A stretch of 59,261 bases of DNA, filler included, from Dugesia japonica (Eukaryota), in the NCBI GenBank assembly GCA_001938525.1. It is 4 parts of 4 records of this genome, joined end to end, with 100 filler letters (N's around TTAATTAATTAA, not from the genome) between each part and the next. Parts side by side here need not be neighbours in the genome. Positions count along the whole stretch, not along the records: positions 34,418 to 47,379 come from MQRL01638155.1; 3 more parts are not named here. One strand, 5' to 3'. The position numbers and the translations under genes were made by a program. Under the pieces are notes generated by a model. It was not told where the DNA came from. It saw nothing but the letters and a program-made list of their open reading frames with translations, and did not search any database. How positions within the stretch are numbered: position 1 is the first letter of the stretch; each line of letters opens with the position of its first letter. This document shows positions 34,475 to 46,739 of this stretch, piece after piece.

Positions 34475-37130
34475 CTTGATTTTGCAAGTAAAGTTTGGCT
34501 GAAGGCCAAAAATGGCCATTGCAGAATTAACCATAACAAAGGTATGCCAAAGAGAAGGTAATCTAGATGCTAGACACAGACTGGCCATGAGGCCGGCATT
34601 AAGTGAGAGAGGATTCAATTCTCTATAGTGTTGTTGATAATGAATTTCAATCAAGTATAAACACAACTCACAGTTTGTCATTGGTTGATGACGACTCACA
34701 TGTTATGTAGGTGTGACACGCCCAACTGGCAATCAGTAGAAACAGAGTTAATGCATAAATTGTGTCTGTGCTGATGGATGCTGTCAGTGTGAGCAACACT
34801 GGGCATAGGATAATGTTGAATATCAATGTAGTTGTTCCAATTCTGATTTGCAGCCAAACTAATCGCATCATCAATCATGACAAATAACAATAAATAATAA
34901 TGAACAACTACAACTATCAACTGAAAATACAATTCGATTGATAATTGATTAGTTGTTACAAATTTTATCACAGGAATCAAATAAAAAGATAAGTTTGAAT
35001 TTGCGAAGAATTATTTGAGGAATATTATATCAATACAGTGGTACATAAATCTATTATTATTGATTATTATTAATAAATATTATTATTATTAATTATTATT
35101 ACTATTTATTATAATCAATTATTATTGATTATTTTTTATAATTAATTATTATTATTGATTATTAATATTTATTATTATTATTGATTATTATTATTGAATA
35201 TTATTATTGAATATTATTATTAATTATTATTATTGATTATTAATATTGATTATTATTATTATTGAATATTATTATTATCACAGGAATCAAATAAAAATGA
35301 GTAACATAGCTTTATTATCTTGGAACTGCTTCACTCCATGAGCTATGAATGTTACTGAAACAATATATGTGATCAACAAATTAAATTGATCAGCAATTTT
35401 TGCAAATGTTGCATGGTGAAAATCAATGTAAAAGTGTATTTTATACATTAAAAAAGGATCAAATATATTCACTATGTTGCAAATTAAACCTGTCTGATTT
35501 TGTGAAGATATCGATTAATGTATTTGCTAAATTAAGATTTATGTGACAGATGATGAATGGATAAATAAAATATTCCTATTGGTAGATGCGGTAAAGAGTT
35601 GAGAGAATAATTAAACATTGTTATACCTATACAAAATGAGAAATATTGTGTTTTGTGTAGTGTACCAAATTGTTTAGTTCTATATCGTAATATGAATTTG
35701 TGATCGTACCAGCGTACTGTTTGGTGATGATATCAATATAAAATTTAGGAAAGAAAGATAAGATTGTATTTTAGAATAACCACGGACAGACGAAGAATTA
35801 TTTTTGGAATAATAGATCAATACAGTTTAGAAATTGATGTATTATTATTATTTATTGTTTATTATTATTATGATTATTATTATCATTATTGATTATTATT
35901 ATCATTATTGATTATTATTATTGATTATTATTATCATTATTGATTATTATTATCATTATTGTTTATTATTATTAATTATTATTATAATTATTATTATGAT
36001 TATTGATTATTATTATTGATTATTATTATGATTATTGATTATTATTATTGATTGTTATTATTATTTTTATTATGATTATTATTATGATTATTGATTATTA
36101 TTATTATTGATTGTTATTATTTATTTTTATTATGATTATTATTATTATTGATTATTATTATGATTATTGATTATCATTATTGATTATTATTATGATTATC
36201 ATTATTGTTGATTATTAATTATTATTATTGATTATTATCATTATTATTTATTATTAATAATATTNNNNNNNNNNNNNNNNNNNNNNNNNNNNNNNNNNNN
36301 NNNNNNNNNNNNNNNNNNNNNNNNNNNNNNNNNNNNNNNNNNNNNNNNNNNNNNNNNNNNNNNNNNNNNNNNNNNNNNNNNNNNNNNNNNNNNNNNNNNN
36401 NNTTTTAATATAGATTATTATTATTATTGATTATTATTAAATATTATTATTATTATCATAATATTTTGTTAAGTAAGGAATGAAAGAAGCGCCTGTCAAT
36501 CATAAATAGCGCAAATAAAATGTAATAAATGATTAATTTTATGAATTTATTAAATTAAAAGCTTCAATTAAAATATTGTTTTTCCTTTTTTCCGATTTTG
36601 TCTTCATAAGGAATTACTTATAAAAAATTAGTTAAAGAAAATTTTATGAAAATGAAAATTATTGAAATCATTCGTATTTTCAGTTGATGCTTCGATAATT
36701 AATCAATAATCAAAACAAGCCAAACCGTACAATTGTCTAGATTCCGATCGATTAGAAATATAACAAAATAAGCAGAAACGATGCAACATAATAAAATAAT
36801 GCCCAAATTGGCAATGTTTAAAATATTTAAACTCATTATGATATAAATAAACACGAAAATAATAATCCTAAAATATTCATTATTTATAAATTTAATTAAT
36901 TAACAATTAATAAATAAACCAGCATAATTGATGATGTACAGATCCAGCTTCAATAACAATTTCAGATAGATTATATTCTTTGACATTCACTGAAAGTTTA
37001 TTTCAAAATACATTAATAAAAATTTTTATATACAATTCGTTTTCATGTTTTTTAAAAATGTTTCTTGATCCACATAATTATCAGGAACATCAAAATTTTC
37101 ATATAAAACTTTCTTCCACCTCTTACTCAT
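34475..37130 (-). CDS. PIGC: GPI-GlcNAc transferase subunit C (PIG-C/GPI2). Exons 37034-37130, 36920-36989, 36731-36867, ~34700-34858, 34475-~34622; last exon(s) beyond the spacer
   Basis: MSKRWKKVLY...PDNYVD..FL, PVLLTLTASISTDTIYA and LSLNAGLMASLCLASRL are PIG-C signatures. GT-AG introns of 44, 52 and ~1870 nt. The exon 4/5 junction phase is ambiguous. Confidence 0.92.
35050..36455. repeat. (ATT)n/ATTG microsatellite tracts in PIGC intron 3
   Basis: Tracts at about 35050-35280 and 35840-36455. Confidence 0.9.
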
Positions 37131-38519
37131 CTTTAATATATTAATGCCAAATTTTATATAACTATAAATTAAACTAAAAAGGCAATAATAAATGTAAATT
37201 ATATATAAATATGCAATTTAATTTAGAAAGATTATTAAATGATTAATCTTTTTAATTTAGATGTCATAACTACTATTCTAAATAAAACATCAAATGTAGA
37301 AACTCCTAGAATAAATTATATCAAGATGATTTTAAATTTTGAAATTCAAAAACATTATAAATGAAAGACATACTTTTAAATTCTTCTAGGTCGATGAAAA
37401 AACTTTGATTGAAATAAACAAACGATTTTTATTTTGATTGATTCCATAACTTCAATTTAATAAGACAATGTAGTATTGAAACGTTTGTCATATTAAAATA
37501 ATTATCAAATTTTATTAGGAATATTTTTTAACAAATAAAATGAGAATTTCAAGATTTATTAAATAGTTTTTTTTATTTAATTTACCTAAATTTGAGTAAA
37601 ATTTAATTTTCAATTGAATACGAAAAATTATTTCATTATTCCTTTGCTTGTCTATAATCAAAATTAAGTTTCAAACTTAAAAATCGTGACACTTATTTAT
37701 TTATTATTATTCTACATTAATATTTGCGGAGAACATCTTTGGCTGCTGGATAATTCGAATAAGTTCACTTATTTAACGTGTTCGCCATATAAGATTCCAG
37801 AACTAAATCTAGTTCAATAAACTAATTTCTAATAAAAAGTGCCAATCACACACCAATTCCATTCTTAAATTTAGGGAATATAAGTGATGCAATGATTCGA
37901 GAAATATATTATATCATTCATTTACAATGTTCATGTGTATGGCATCAATCATAACATACATACAGATCAAATCAATATTTAATTATCAAAAATATATACA
38001 ACTCACAAGAAATACATTAGGATCAAATACCTGCTTCGAGAAATACATAGTCTTGCTAGTAAGAGCAATTTAATTATTTAATTTGTCATTAAATTATCAT
38101 GCTAACATCTATTATCAGTTTTACAAATTCCCTTTTATTAAATTAATTAAATGATTATAATTAAAATCTTACTGTGTAGATGCTGCGTCAAATAAAGTCA
38201 TAAGAAGCCGAATTTTTGTTATTATAATTCTGAGCAACGACTATTTGAGATTCCGAAGAAACTAACTAAATGAAATTCCGAATTTCTGGGGCTCGCTTAT
38301 GCTGGAAGGTACTGAAACCGAGCCCTGTTGAGTTATTCATGATAAGATAAAGGAAAAAGATGATCGCAACCGAATATTAAAAATAATACATCTCGATAAG
38401 AACGACAACATACGGAGAAATTAAAGAAACTTGATAACTTCCAGAAGCGTATCGACATGCAAGAGAAACTAAGCGAACTACAGCTGATAGCTCAATTAGC
38501 ACATTAGTGAAAACGAAAG

Positions 38520-38960
38520 ATTGCTTGCCAGAACTGCGACAGTCTCAGGGCAGCAACAGTATTTATTTCAGACAATGAGAACTACCCAATTGAAGGCCGA
38601 GGAATATATTAAGTTGAGTAGAGGTTGTCCACAAGGATCTAAACTTCTCTCTAACAGATTCTCATTAGTTCCAATAAAATTTTATTTCGTAAAGTCATCA
38701 GAATTTTTATATTATTATTATTATTATTTATAGTATTATTGGTAATTTCTTGGAGAGTAAAAAATCAAACATCACAAGAATACCTGCGGCTAAATAAGTA
38801 GAATGTGAAATCACAATACAGGATGAAACATAATCCTTCAAAAACTCGGAGTAGATGATCAAACAAAGAGAGTGTTGCTAAATTTCTGCCGGCTTCGAGG
38901 TATCTACCCTAGAAGATATCGAGATAGAAGTAACATCGGGAAAAGTTAAAAGAAAAATCA
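38520..38960 (+). pseudogene. Highly decayed non-LTR RT fragment
   Basis: IKLSRGCPQGSKL (RT GxPQG motif) and GMKHNPSKT (GLxxNxxKT motif). Confidence 0.5.
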
Positions 38961-40119
38961 AAAATATAACAAAATTAAAACAACAAAAATTTCGAAGCCC
39001 AATAATAATAACTTTCCAACTAGATAATAATGATATTAATAATCATAATATTCATAATGTTACGATCAATTAAATTTTTCTACTAAAATTCAGCATTCAT
39101 TCTACAGAAAATTATTTTGACATCATTCGTATAAAAAGATATATAGTATAGCACTTGCTACCAGCCTTCTTTTATACTCTTTAATCTATTGTATTTCAAC
39201 TACAATTTCTTGTGTTCCATCAAAATAATCTTTTATTAAGTTTCATTTAACATGCATTCTTGCCAAAAAATTTCACAGAGATTCTTCAACATTCAGTTAT
39301 ACACATGTCTTCACATATTAATGCCGTTTGACACAACTTGCTTGACTCATATTATTTTCTATCTGGGTACCGTTAATCCATTATCAAAAGTTATATATTT
39401 TTATCTTTCATGATCACATACCCATTTCTTTTTTTGGTTTTATATTAATCTTATTATTTTTACATCTCATTGTATTATTTCAAATTTATTTTATTCCATT
39501 AATTTTTATAATTTTTCTAAATTAATTCTTTTTATTTTTAATTATTTCTATTTTTTTCGAAAGAAGCCAATTAATTACTTTCTTGGTTTTAATCTAGCGA
39601 TTGTTGACCTCATTATTTTCATGAATGTCTTTTATTATTTTGGTTATTTCTAATTTATTCTTTTATTTTCTTTGATTTAGCAATTTTGGCTAAACTGTGA
39701 TCTGCTTTATTTGAATTCCTTTTAACTTTCCCGTTAGAGGATCTTGCGCTCCTCAGTTTTTTATTAAAAAATATATTGTTTAATGAATATTTTCCTGGTA
39801 ATTATATATATAAAGTATAATCCGGTTATAAAAAATTCGTTTAAACGGAAATTAATTGTTTTAATTGTTTTTTTATTTAAACCGAAAGTTTTTAAATCAA
39901 ATTAAAATTTTGAAAATATTAATCACATTATGCAACCATAAAAACGGAAAGCTAAGCTACGTTGATAACAAGTGAATTTGGAATAAACGGGTTTGAATGT
40001 ACAAGAAGTTTGATTTCCCGATTTAAAAAAAGATACTCCATTGTATATGAGTAGGTGGTTAAAGCCTTTATAGCGCAGATGACTGACAGACCACTTCAAA
40101 CCTCGTAATATAAACAACA

Positions 40120-40540
40120 ATAGGTGTGAATTTTCACACTTTAATGTAAACAATGAACTTTATTTTTTAGCTGTGAAAATTCATAATGTAAACAACAATA
40201 GCTGTGAAAATTGACACCTTTAGCGCAAAATTTCACACTTTAATTGTAAACAATGGACTTTTACATTTATATTGTTTTTTGAATTTTCACACCTAATTAT
40301 TTTTTTATTGAAGTGTAATTTTTCACACCTAATTACTTGTTTAAAACGTGCGTAAAGTAAACAATGAAATAATGTTTTTTTTATTAGAATGTGAATTATT
40401 ACACTTCAAATATGAGTTTGTAAAAAAAAACTTTAAAGCGTAGCACATTATGAAATCGTAAAATTAAAATGTTTTTTTCACAACGAAATTTCACACCTTT
40501 GGCATGAGCTTTCACACCCTAACCTTTACAATTTTTCATA
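40120..40540. repeat. Array of GTGTGAA(A/T)TTTCACAC palindromic motifs; probable sub-terminal region of Polinton B
   Basis: About ten copies or half-copies of TGTGAA / TTTCACAC interspersed with GTAAACAA. Confidence 0.65.
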
Positions 40541-40649
40541 AAAAATGATGAGCCTCAAATATTATTTAAAAATTAAATTATTATTATTATAAATATTATT
40601 ATTATTAATACTATTGTTAATTACTAATAGCAACATTAGAAATTTTTAT

Positions 40650-40910
40650 TTACATGATGACAGGTAATGTATACAAAGCTTTAAACACTTTTTATATGCA
40701 AAATAATCTCCGTGATTATAATATGGACAAAAAATATTATCTGGTATAGATAGCTGTTAATGCTCATTTGAGTTATAATTAACAATTCAAAGATTCGGGA
40801 AAAATTTCTTGAATGTATTTATTTTCTTTCCATTGACATAAAACATTGGATCGTTTGGAATTGCTTTCAAGTCATTGATTATTCTAGATGGATCAAAGTT
40901 TAAATCTATA
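40650..40910 (-). pseudogene. Small ORF after MCP, possibly a degenerate protease
   Basis: Occupies the usual protease slot. FYVNG...YNSNEHxQ...FCPYY loosely resembles FDSYG...Q...CGxY, but no catalytic HW is seen. Confidence 0.25.
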
Positions 40911-40916
40911 TATTGT

Positions 40917-42193
40917 TTATACAACTACTATTCCATTCTTGGTGAGTTGAATTTCCGAATCAAATACTCCATATGCATACATTGTCACTTATTCCGTCAA
41001 GGATTTATGAAATTGCACATCCAACTTGAGATTTCCGGTTTTTAGTAGTTGCGGTTGATCAACTGCAAAGTCCAGAGCCAAAACAAAGGTGAAAAACGTA
41101 TACGAGTCTTTAAATTCCTTCATTGTAATACCATTGTTTCGATCTTCATTTAACAGACCCACATTACGAATAATCGATTGCACATATGCCTCAGTATAGT
41201 CAGTATCAAAGTCAGTAGTATATGTTTCTCGATAATCAACGTTTCTTGCCAAGCATATTGACTTTACACCAAAATTTGAGAATGTCAAACGAAATGAAAC
41301 GTAATCATCACTTGCTTGTTTCGATGATTGGAAAGCAATCAAAACAAATTTTAGTAATCATTCGTCGGAAAAGATATCCTTTATATTCTCCATGCGAATT
41401 TTTCGGAGTCATAAAGTGTATGATTTTTGTTTTCTGGAAAGGGTAGATTGCATTTTGATGTTCCAATCCTTGGCGATGTCCAATCATAATCGACTGATCA
41501 ACACGAACACGTCACACTACTAATTTTGCTTCGATAATGTACGCTTGTGGATTCATCTCAACTGTTTCAGTACACTTGGTATATTAGTAAATTACCGAAC
41601 CTATATTTCTCGTCAATTTGATTGTCACATTGACTCCCGGCAATAAATACTTTGGTTGGTGAAAGTTATCCAAATTAAATGCACCGCAGAGTGTTAGTTT
41701 AGAAGACGTTTTAATCCAACATTTTCTCTTGTCATCTTCTTTATGATAACCAATAGCTTCAAGAAAACTAATTTTCGTATCCGATCCAAAATTCCTTGCG
41801 GCTTCAATTACTGCCTTTGCATATACATATCATTTGTATCTTCAACTTTTACATTATTTAGTGTTAATGATGCTTCTTTGAATAGAGTATGAAACAAATA
41901 ATTTGAAGAAATCCTCTTGGTAGTATCAGTTAACGCAAAATCCGTCACATCATGCTTTACCGTCTTTTACCGTCATTTTAATAATGAGCAACGTATCATT
42001 CAAATCCAAGTAATCATTACCTGAACTAATAATATTGAATTCAATTTGTTGTCCAGCATACCCAGTTATAGAATCATTTGGGTAGATTTCTTCAAATGTA
42101 GAGCTTTCAACCACACCCTGTGGAATATTGTGATCAAAAAGCGATAATTCCGTTTTGCCGGCATAAATGCTTATTTTGCAAAGATGGTTCCAT
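40917..42193 (-). pseudogene. Major capsid protein (double jelly-roll), Polinton B
   Basis: KTELSLFDHNIPQGVVE...IYP...IEFNI...DYLDLNDTLL, HTLFK, FHQPKYLLPGVNVTIKLTRN, GNLKLDVQF. Frameshifts and stops present. Confidence 0.92.
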
Positions 42194-42551
42194 TTAATCG
42201 TTGTCTTATGTTTATAGTCAATGTTATTTTATTTTTCCGTTTACGTATTCTACTACCATGCTGTCCACCAACAACTTCCTTTAATACATTAAGTGTATTT
42301 TCCTTCACATCCGGCAACATATTCATTGCATAGTTCTTGATTAATTCTTTAAATGACTGCTTCTCGCTTATAACATCATCAACAGTTTTTCGTGCTGCTC
42401 GCCCCACTGACTTTGCAATTGGAATTCCAAATTTCTGCAAAATTGGAATTGCAAAACGACTAATTCTATGTAGCCATTTTTCACCACCTTGCTGTTGTTG
42501 ACCACCGATAAAATATGGCAAAATTCCACACATTTGTGGATGACTATACAT
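42171..42551 (-). CDS. Basic core-like (PM-type) Polinton protein
   Basis: FIGGQQQQGG...RFAIPILQK...VGRAA..TVDDVI plus a basic C-terminal tail. Sits between penton and MCP. Confidence 0.75.
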   Translation of the reverse strand: MYSHPQMCGILPYFIGGQQQQGGEKWLHRISRFAIPILQKFGIPIAKSVGRAARKTVDDVISEKQSFKELIKNYAMNMLPDVKENTLNVLKEVVGGQHGSRIRKRKNKITLTINIRQRLNGTIFAK

Positions 42552-42604
42552 TGTAATAATAGCTCGATCAAAATTTCAATAATGAATCAAATTGTAATCA
42601 AATT

Positions 42605-43957
42605 GTTTATACTTGTCGAAATGTAGATTTAAACTTGTTTTTGATCCATATGGAAAATCAATCAATCTTCCCGCATCATCACGTATTTTACTTCAATTTT
42701 GTTGATGGACGAAGATGATAAAGGTAAATACATTTTATTTTCAAGTCTTACATGCACAACATCAACAAATGAATGCTTATTACTATCAACCCATATACTC
42801 CTCAATACTGGCACGAGTACATCGCCAACCAGAATTGGATCGACTATTGATGAAATAATATATAGTTGTCTGATACCACCATGTAATAACGGTTTATGTA
42901 AACCTTTTACTTGTTCAGTAGACATGTAGAATTTCGCAGAAGGAAGACCAAGTATTAGCGAAAGACTCTCATCAAATGATACATATTCAATATTATCAAG
43001 TAATTTAAACATGACCAGTCGAAATTTTGAATCTATAATAAATTCTTTAAATATTTTGTGGCATAATTTTATAAATGACGATACCAGATTATCCAGATCC
43101 GTAACTATTAAATCGCTTTCAAATTCAAAATAATTTATTTCTGTTTTGATTTCAGTAAATTTTAATTTGACATCAGTTTTGGCAAAAGTATGCAACATTT
43201 TAGTACCTGATTCGATAAATGAATCCATTGATTTGTTTTTCATATTTTGCGAATTAAACCCCAGTAACCGAGCATCAAGTAATGAATTAATCTCCAATTC
43301 CATATTGCAATCAGATTTGATAATTATTTTCTTTTCAACATTAATACTGATTTCGCAATTAGTTTTATTTTTAAATCCAGAAACAATAGGTTTTCCATTT
43401 TTAATCTCAACATTTACATTTTCTCCAATTTCTTTTATTTTAGCCTTCATTCCTCAATAGTATTAAACTTTAATTTTAAAGTTATTGATGGAATATTTTT
43501 TTAGAATCAACTGCTCATCAGATTCAATAACTGAAACTAATNNNNNNNNNNNNNNNNNNNNNNNNNNNNNNNNNNNNNNNNNNNNNNNNNNNNNNNNNNN
43601 NNNNNNNNNNNNNNNNNNNNNNNNNNNNNNNNNNNNNNNNNNNNNNNNNNNNNNNNNNNNNNNNNNNNNNNNNNNNNNNNNNNNNNNNNNNNNNNNNNNN
43701 NNNNNNNNNNNNNNNNNNNNNNNNNNNNNNNAAATTTATCTTCAATTTTTATCACTTCTCTTATTTTATATTCAATTTTTTCAACCTTTCCGTATAGTCT
43801 GTGGACAATAATCAAAAACAAATTCTGTCATGGCAACTTCCCAATAGTCATCTTTTAAATTGATAGTGTTCTCATACTCGACGAAATACTGGCACGCATT
43901 ATTATCAGGTCGAGTTCTTGAACAACTATTGCTTGGTAAAATCATATAGAAACTCAT
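42605..43957 (-). pseudogene. Minor capsid (penton-like) protein, Polinton B, with long central insertion
   Basis: MSFYMILPSNS...PDN...INL..YWEVAMTE at the N-terminus; LYIISSIVDPILVGDVLVPVLR...MYLPL...IEV at the C-terminus. Confidence 0.9.
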
Positions 43958-44962
43958 TATTGGATTTGAGATGCTTGAATCCACGTAGGCTTTGAGTATT
44001 CATGCCATTCAACTAAATATTGTTTATATTGTCCTTGACCTTTGGTTTTGAGAATTGATTTAATTCGATATATACTTGGTTTTTCCGGCAACACTTGCAA
44101 TTCTTGCGCATAAAAGTTGCCTTGAATAATAATATCATCTTCATCACGTATTACATACATGACCGGTGTTTGTCTAGTGTTGATTTCTGAGAATTGAAAA
44201 ACTTCATCACTCCAATTATTATCAAAGCTTTTGATGAATGGTGTTAAACTAATTCGAGAAATTCGTACATGCTGACCAATTTTATATTTTGGTTTTGGCT
44301 TATTATTGATGACATACTGCCTAAAATGATTATCATCATCTGTAACATCAATTGGTTTCTTTCCTTCAATACATCAGTGTTCGGAATGATAAAATGCATA
44401 AATCATTTTTGGTTAAACATGCATCTACTTTTTGCTACCTTGTTTTGTAAACAACTTGTTTAATCGAGTGCGCAAAGTTCGATTAAATCGGTCAACTAAA
44501 GCTGCCTTGTATTGAAAAAACACTGAATAGTGTAATAATCCATGTTGCTTTAGTGATGATTTGACTTGGGTATTGTAGAATTCCTTAACTAAATAGTTTA
44601 AATAGCTCTTGACTGTACATTTCTGAGCAGTTAAAGCCAACAACATTTCCTTGCTAGATTTACGCTTTACTGGAACAACTCTAGCATACCGACTAAATAC
44701 ACGTCAAAATATATCTGTAATCATTATTTATGCTTGCATATAGAATAATTTCCATCAAATCTAATTGCCATAGTCTATTTACTCCTGTAACAATGTATTT
44801 ACGAATTGGATACCGATTCCGGATTGGTTTATTCAGACTGTATGATAGTTGATTGCTTAATCACTTCTTTGTCTCTTTTACCAAAACATTTGCAGCATTT
44901 GCAAGCTTTAAAATACCGGCGTATCCAACCGGGTCTTTTAGATTATACCACAATTGTTCCAT
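43957..44962 (-). pseudogene. Retroviral-type (DDE) integrase with C-terminal chromodomain, Polinton B
   Basis: WYNLKDPVGYAG, WQLDL, RYILTC..SRYA..VPVK.K, KEFYN, KAALVDRFNRTLR, NWSDEVF, GNFYAQEL, YLVEW...TWI. Broken by indels. Confidence 0.93.
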
Positions 44963-45092
44963 CCACTTTATCGTATCTTTTACTTGACTTTGAAAATCAA
45001 CAACGAATTTTTACTGAAATGTTTGGTATATTGGAAGAGAATGGCGCTACTCCCATTTATTTCGAGATCTGGAAAAAATCAAACTTGATTGT

Positions 45093-45520
45093 TTATATAG
45101 AATCAATGATTTTCTTTGTAGCATATAATGTGGCAGCCCCAACTTCTCCGGTTGCAGCAGCTTTGCCCAACAGACTTAAATCAGTTAAAGTGCAGCCCAA
45201 AGAAATCCATTTCCATGCTGTGGTGAACCGTAATATACTTAATTATTTTTTTTCATCTTTTCATTTTGTATTGGAAAATGTTCAATCGATATTTCTTACC
45301 ACCATCTACATCAACTCGACCCAGAACAATTTGTTGCAAAACACTAATGAAATAATTAAAAAGAAATTCTGGCATCAAATGCATCATTTGTCATCGGGAA
45401 TTTGATGGAGCTTTTAAAATAATTTTTAAGTAAAGTATGCTTCGCAAAAATCGTCTCAAACGAAGGGTTGATTTGCTACCACCCTTTTGTTTGATGACAA
45501 CCTTTTTAAATCAATATATT
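45093..45520 (-). pseudogene. Small Polinton core-like protein with QxGxG motifs
   Basis: KQKGG, LQQIVLGRVDV, QHGNGFLWAAL. Frameshifted. Sits between ATPase and INT. Confidence 0.5.
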
Positions 45521-45548
45521 TATTATTTTTAATAACTAATAATTTTGT

Positions 45549-46170
45549 TTATACCAAAGGCTTGTAAACAGTTATTCCTTGCATAGTGAATATATATTTT
45601 TTTAGTCGTTCATCATCGGGACATTGTTGTGTAAAATCAATAAATAGGTAACCATGTGTTTTTGTGGTAACATAGTGAAATGCATCAGATAAAGATCCTT
45701 TATTGTGTGGAAATGCTTGACGAAAAACATAGTCAACAACGGTTTGATCTCGAGGATTCTTGAATCAAATCAAATAGTGTACATTAAGATTACAAGTACG
45801 ATGCTTCCGCCTTGATGAAAAAGATTTTGGGTGATGAAGATTACAGTTACATCACCATGACGAGCAGTTTTTTAAAGAGATTATTAAAATCGTCTTGTTT
45901 ATTTGCCTCTTGATACAATAACATAACCTGTCTTTAATCGTTTGTTCCAATCATAATCAAATCCATCGATTATTGTCATGTTTTTTAATTTACAAAATTC
46001 TCTACCAGTCAATCCAGATTCGCCACCACCACCTTGATGCCNATAAATATGTTTGAACTTTGTCTGAAACAATTTGCTTTGCAATAATTTACAAACAAAA
46101 TGTTTTTCCACTTCCGTTTGGACCAACTATTTGAAAAACTGCATTGTTTTGTAGTAAAATTTTTTTTATG
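45549..46170 (-). pseudogene. FtsK/A32-family packaging ATPase, Polinton B
   Basis: Walker A IVGPNGSGKT, ARHGDVTVIFIT-QNLF, RTCNLNVHYLIxFKNPRD, GYLFIDF...DDERL. Frameshifts present. Confidence 0.92.
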
Positions 46171-46192
46171 TAAATAGTAATAATTGATTTTG

Positions 46193-46220
46193 TTTATATG
46201 AAGCATGTAAAAATATAAAG
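46193..46220. promoter_or_regulatory. Back-to-back TATAAA boxes in the ~80-bp divergent ATPase/TBP-like intergenic region
   Basis: Minus-strand TATAAA at 46193-46198 and plus-strand TATAAAG at 46214-46220. Weak evidence given the AT content. Confidence 0.3.
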
Positions 46221-46252
46221 CCGGTAGGTGTTGTTCTTCAAAAATTCAAACA

Positions 46253-46698
46253 ATGTTATCAAATATTAATTACAAGGCTAGTGTGGTTAATTATAAAACT
46301 CAGCTTCTACGATTCAATACTGTGTACCTCGGCAATGTGTACTAAAGATGGATGATTTTACGATAACTATATTTGAATCAGATAAATGTCGAATCATGGG
46401 TTGTAAATAACCAATCATGAATAAAGAAATTACTTGCAAAAATCTTAAATTCCAAATAGATTGCATTCAATTCATTACAGTGACATGCAATCTTAGAAAA
46501 CTAGTAAATTTATAAAGATTAAATGATTATGATGATTGTTGGTTTGAACCTAAATTATTTCCTGCATTACGTTTCAATAAATATAAACCTTTATGTGTTA
46601 ATGTTTTCACTAGTAGAAAAGTTGTAATTCTTGGACTAAAATCACTGGATTATAATGAGATCATTAATGAAATTACAAAATATTTATTGGAAATTGTT
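46253..46698 (+). pseudogene. Intronless TATA-binding-protein (TBP)-like gene inside Polinton B
   Basis: MLSNINYKASV.../..PRQCVLKMDDFTITIFESDKCRIMGCK*...IQFITVTCNLRKLVNL*RL...WFEPKLFPALRFNKYKPLCVNVFTSRKVVILGLKS aligns with both TBP repeats (IQNIVGSCD...YEPELFPGLIY...LIFVSGKIVLTGAK). One frameshift and two stops. Confidence 0.85.
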
Positions 46699-46739
46699 NN
46701 NNNNNNNNNNNNNNNNNNNNNNNNNNNNNNNNNNNNNNN

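Noticed and set aside
35287-35472. Possible extra PIGC exon
   Set aside because: No PIG-C motif, and exons 3 and 4 already join in phase.
44806-45405. 199-aa plus-strand ORF
   Set aside because: Antisense shadow of the Polinton integrase and core-like genes.
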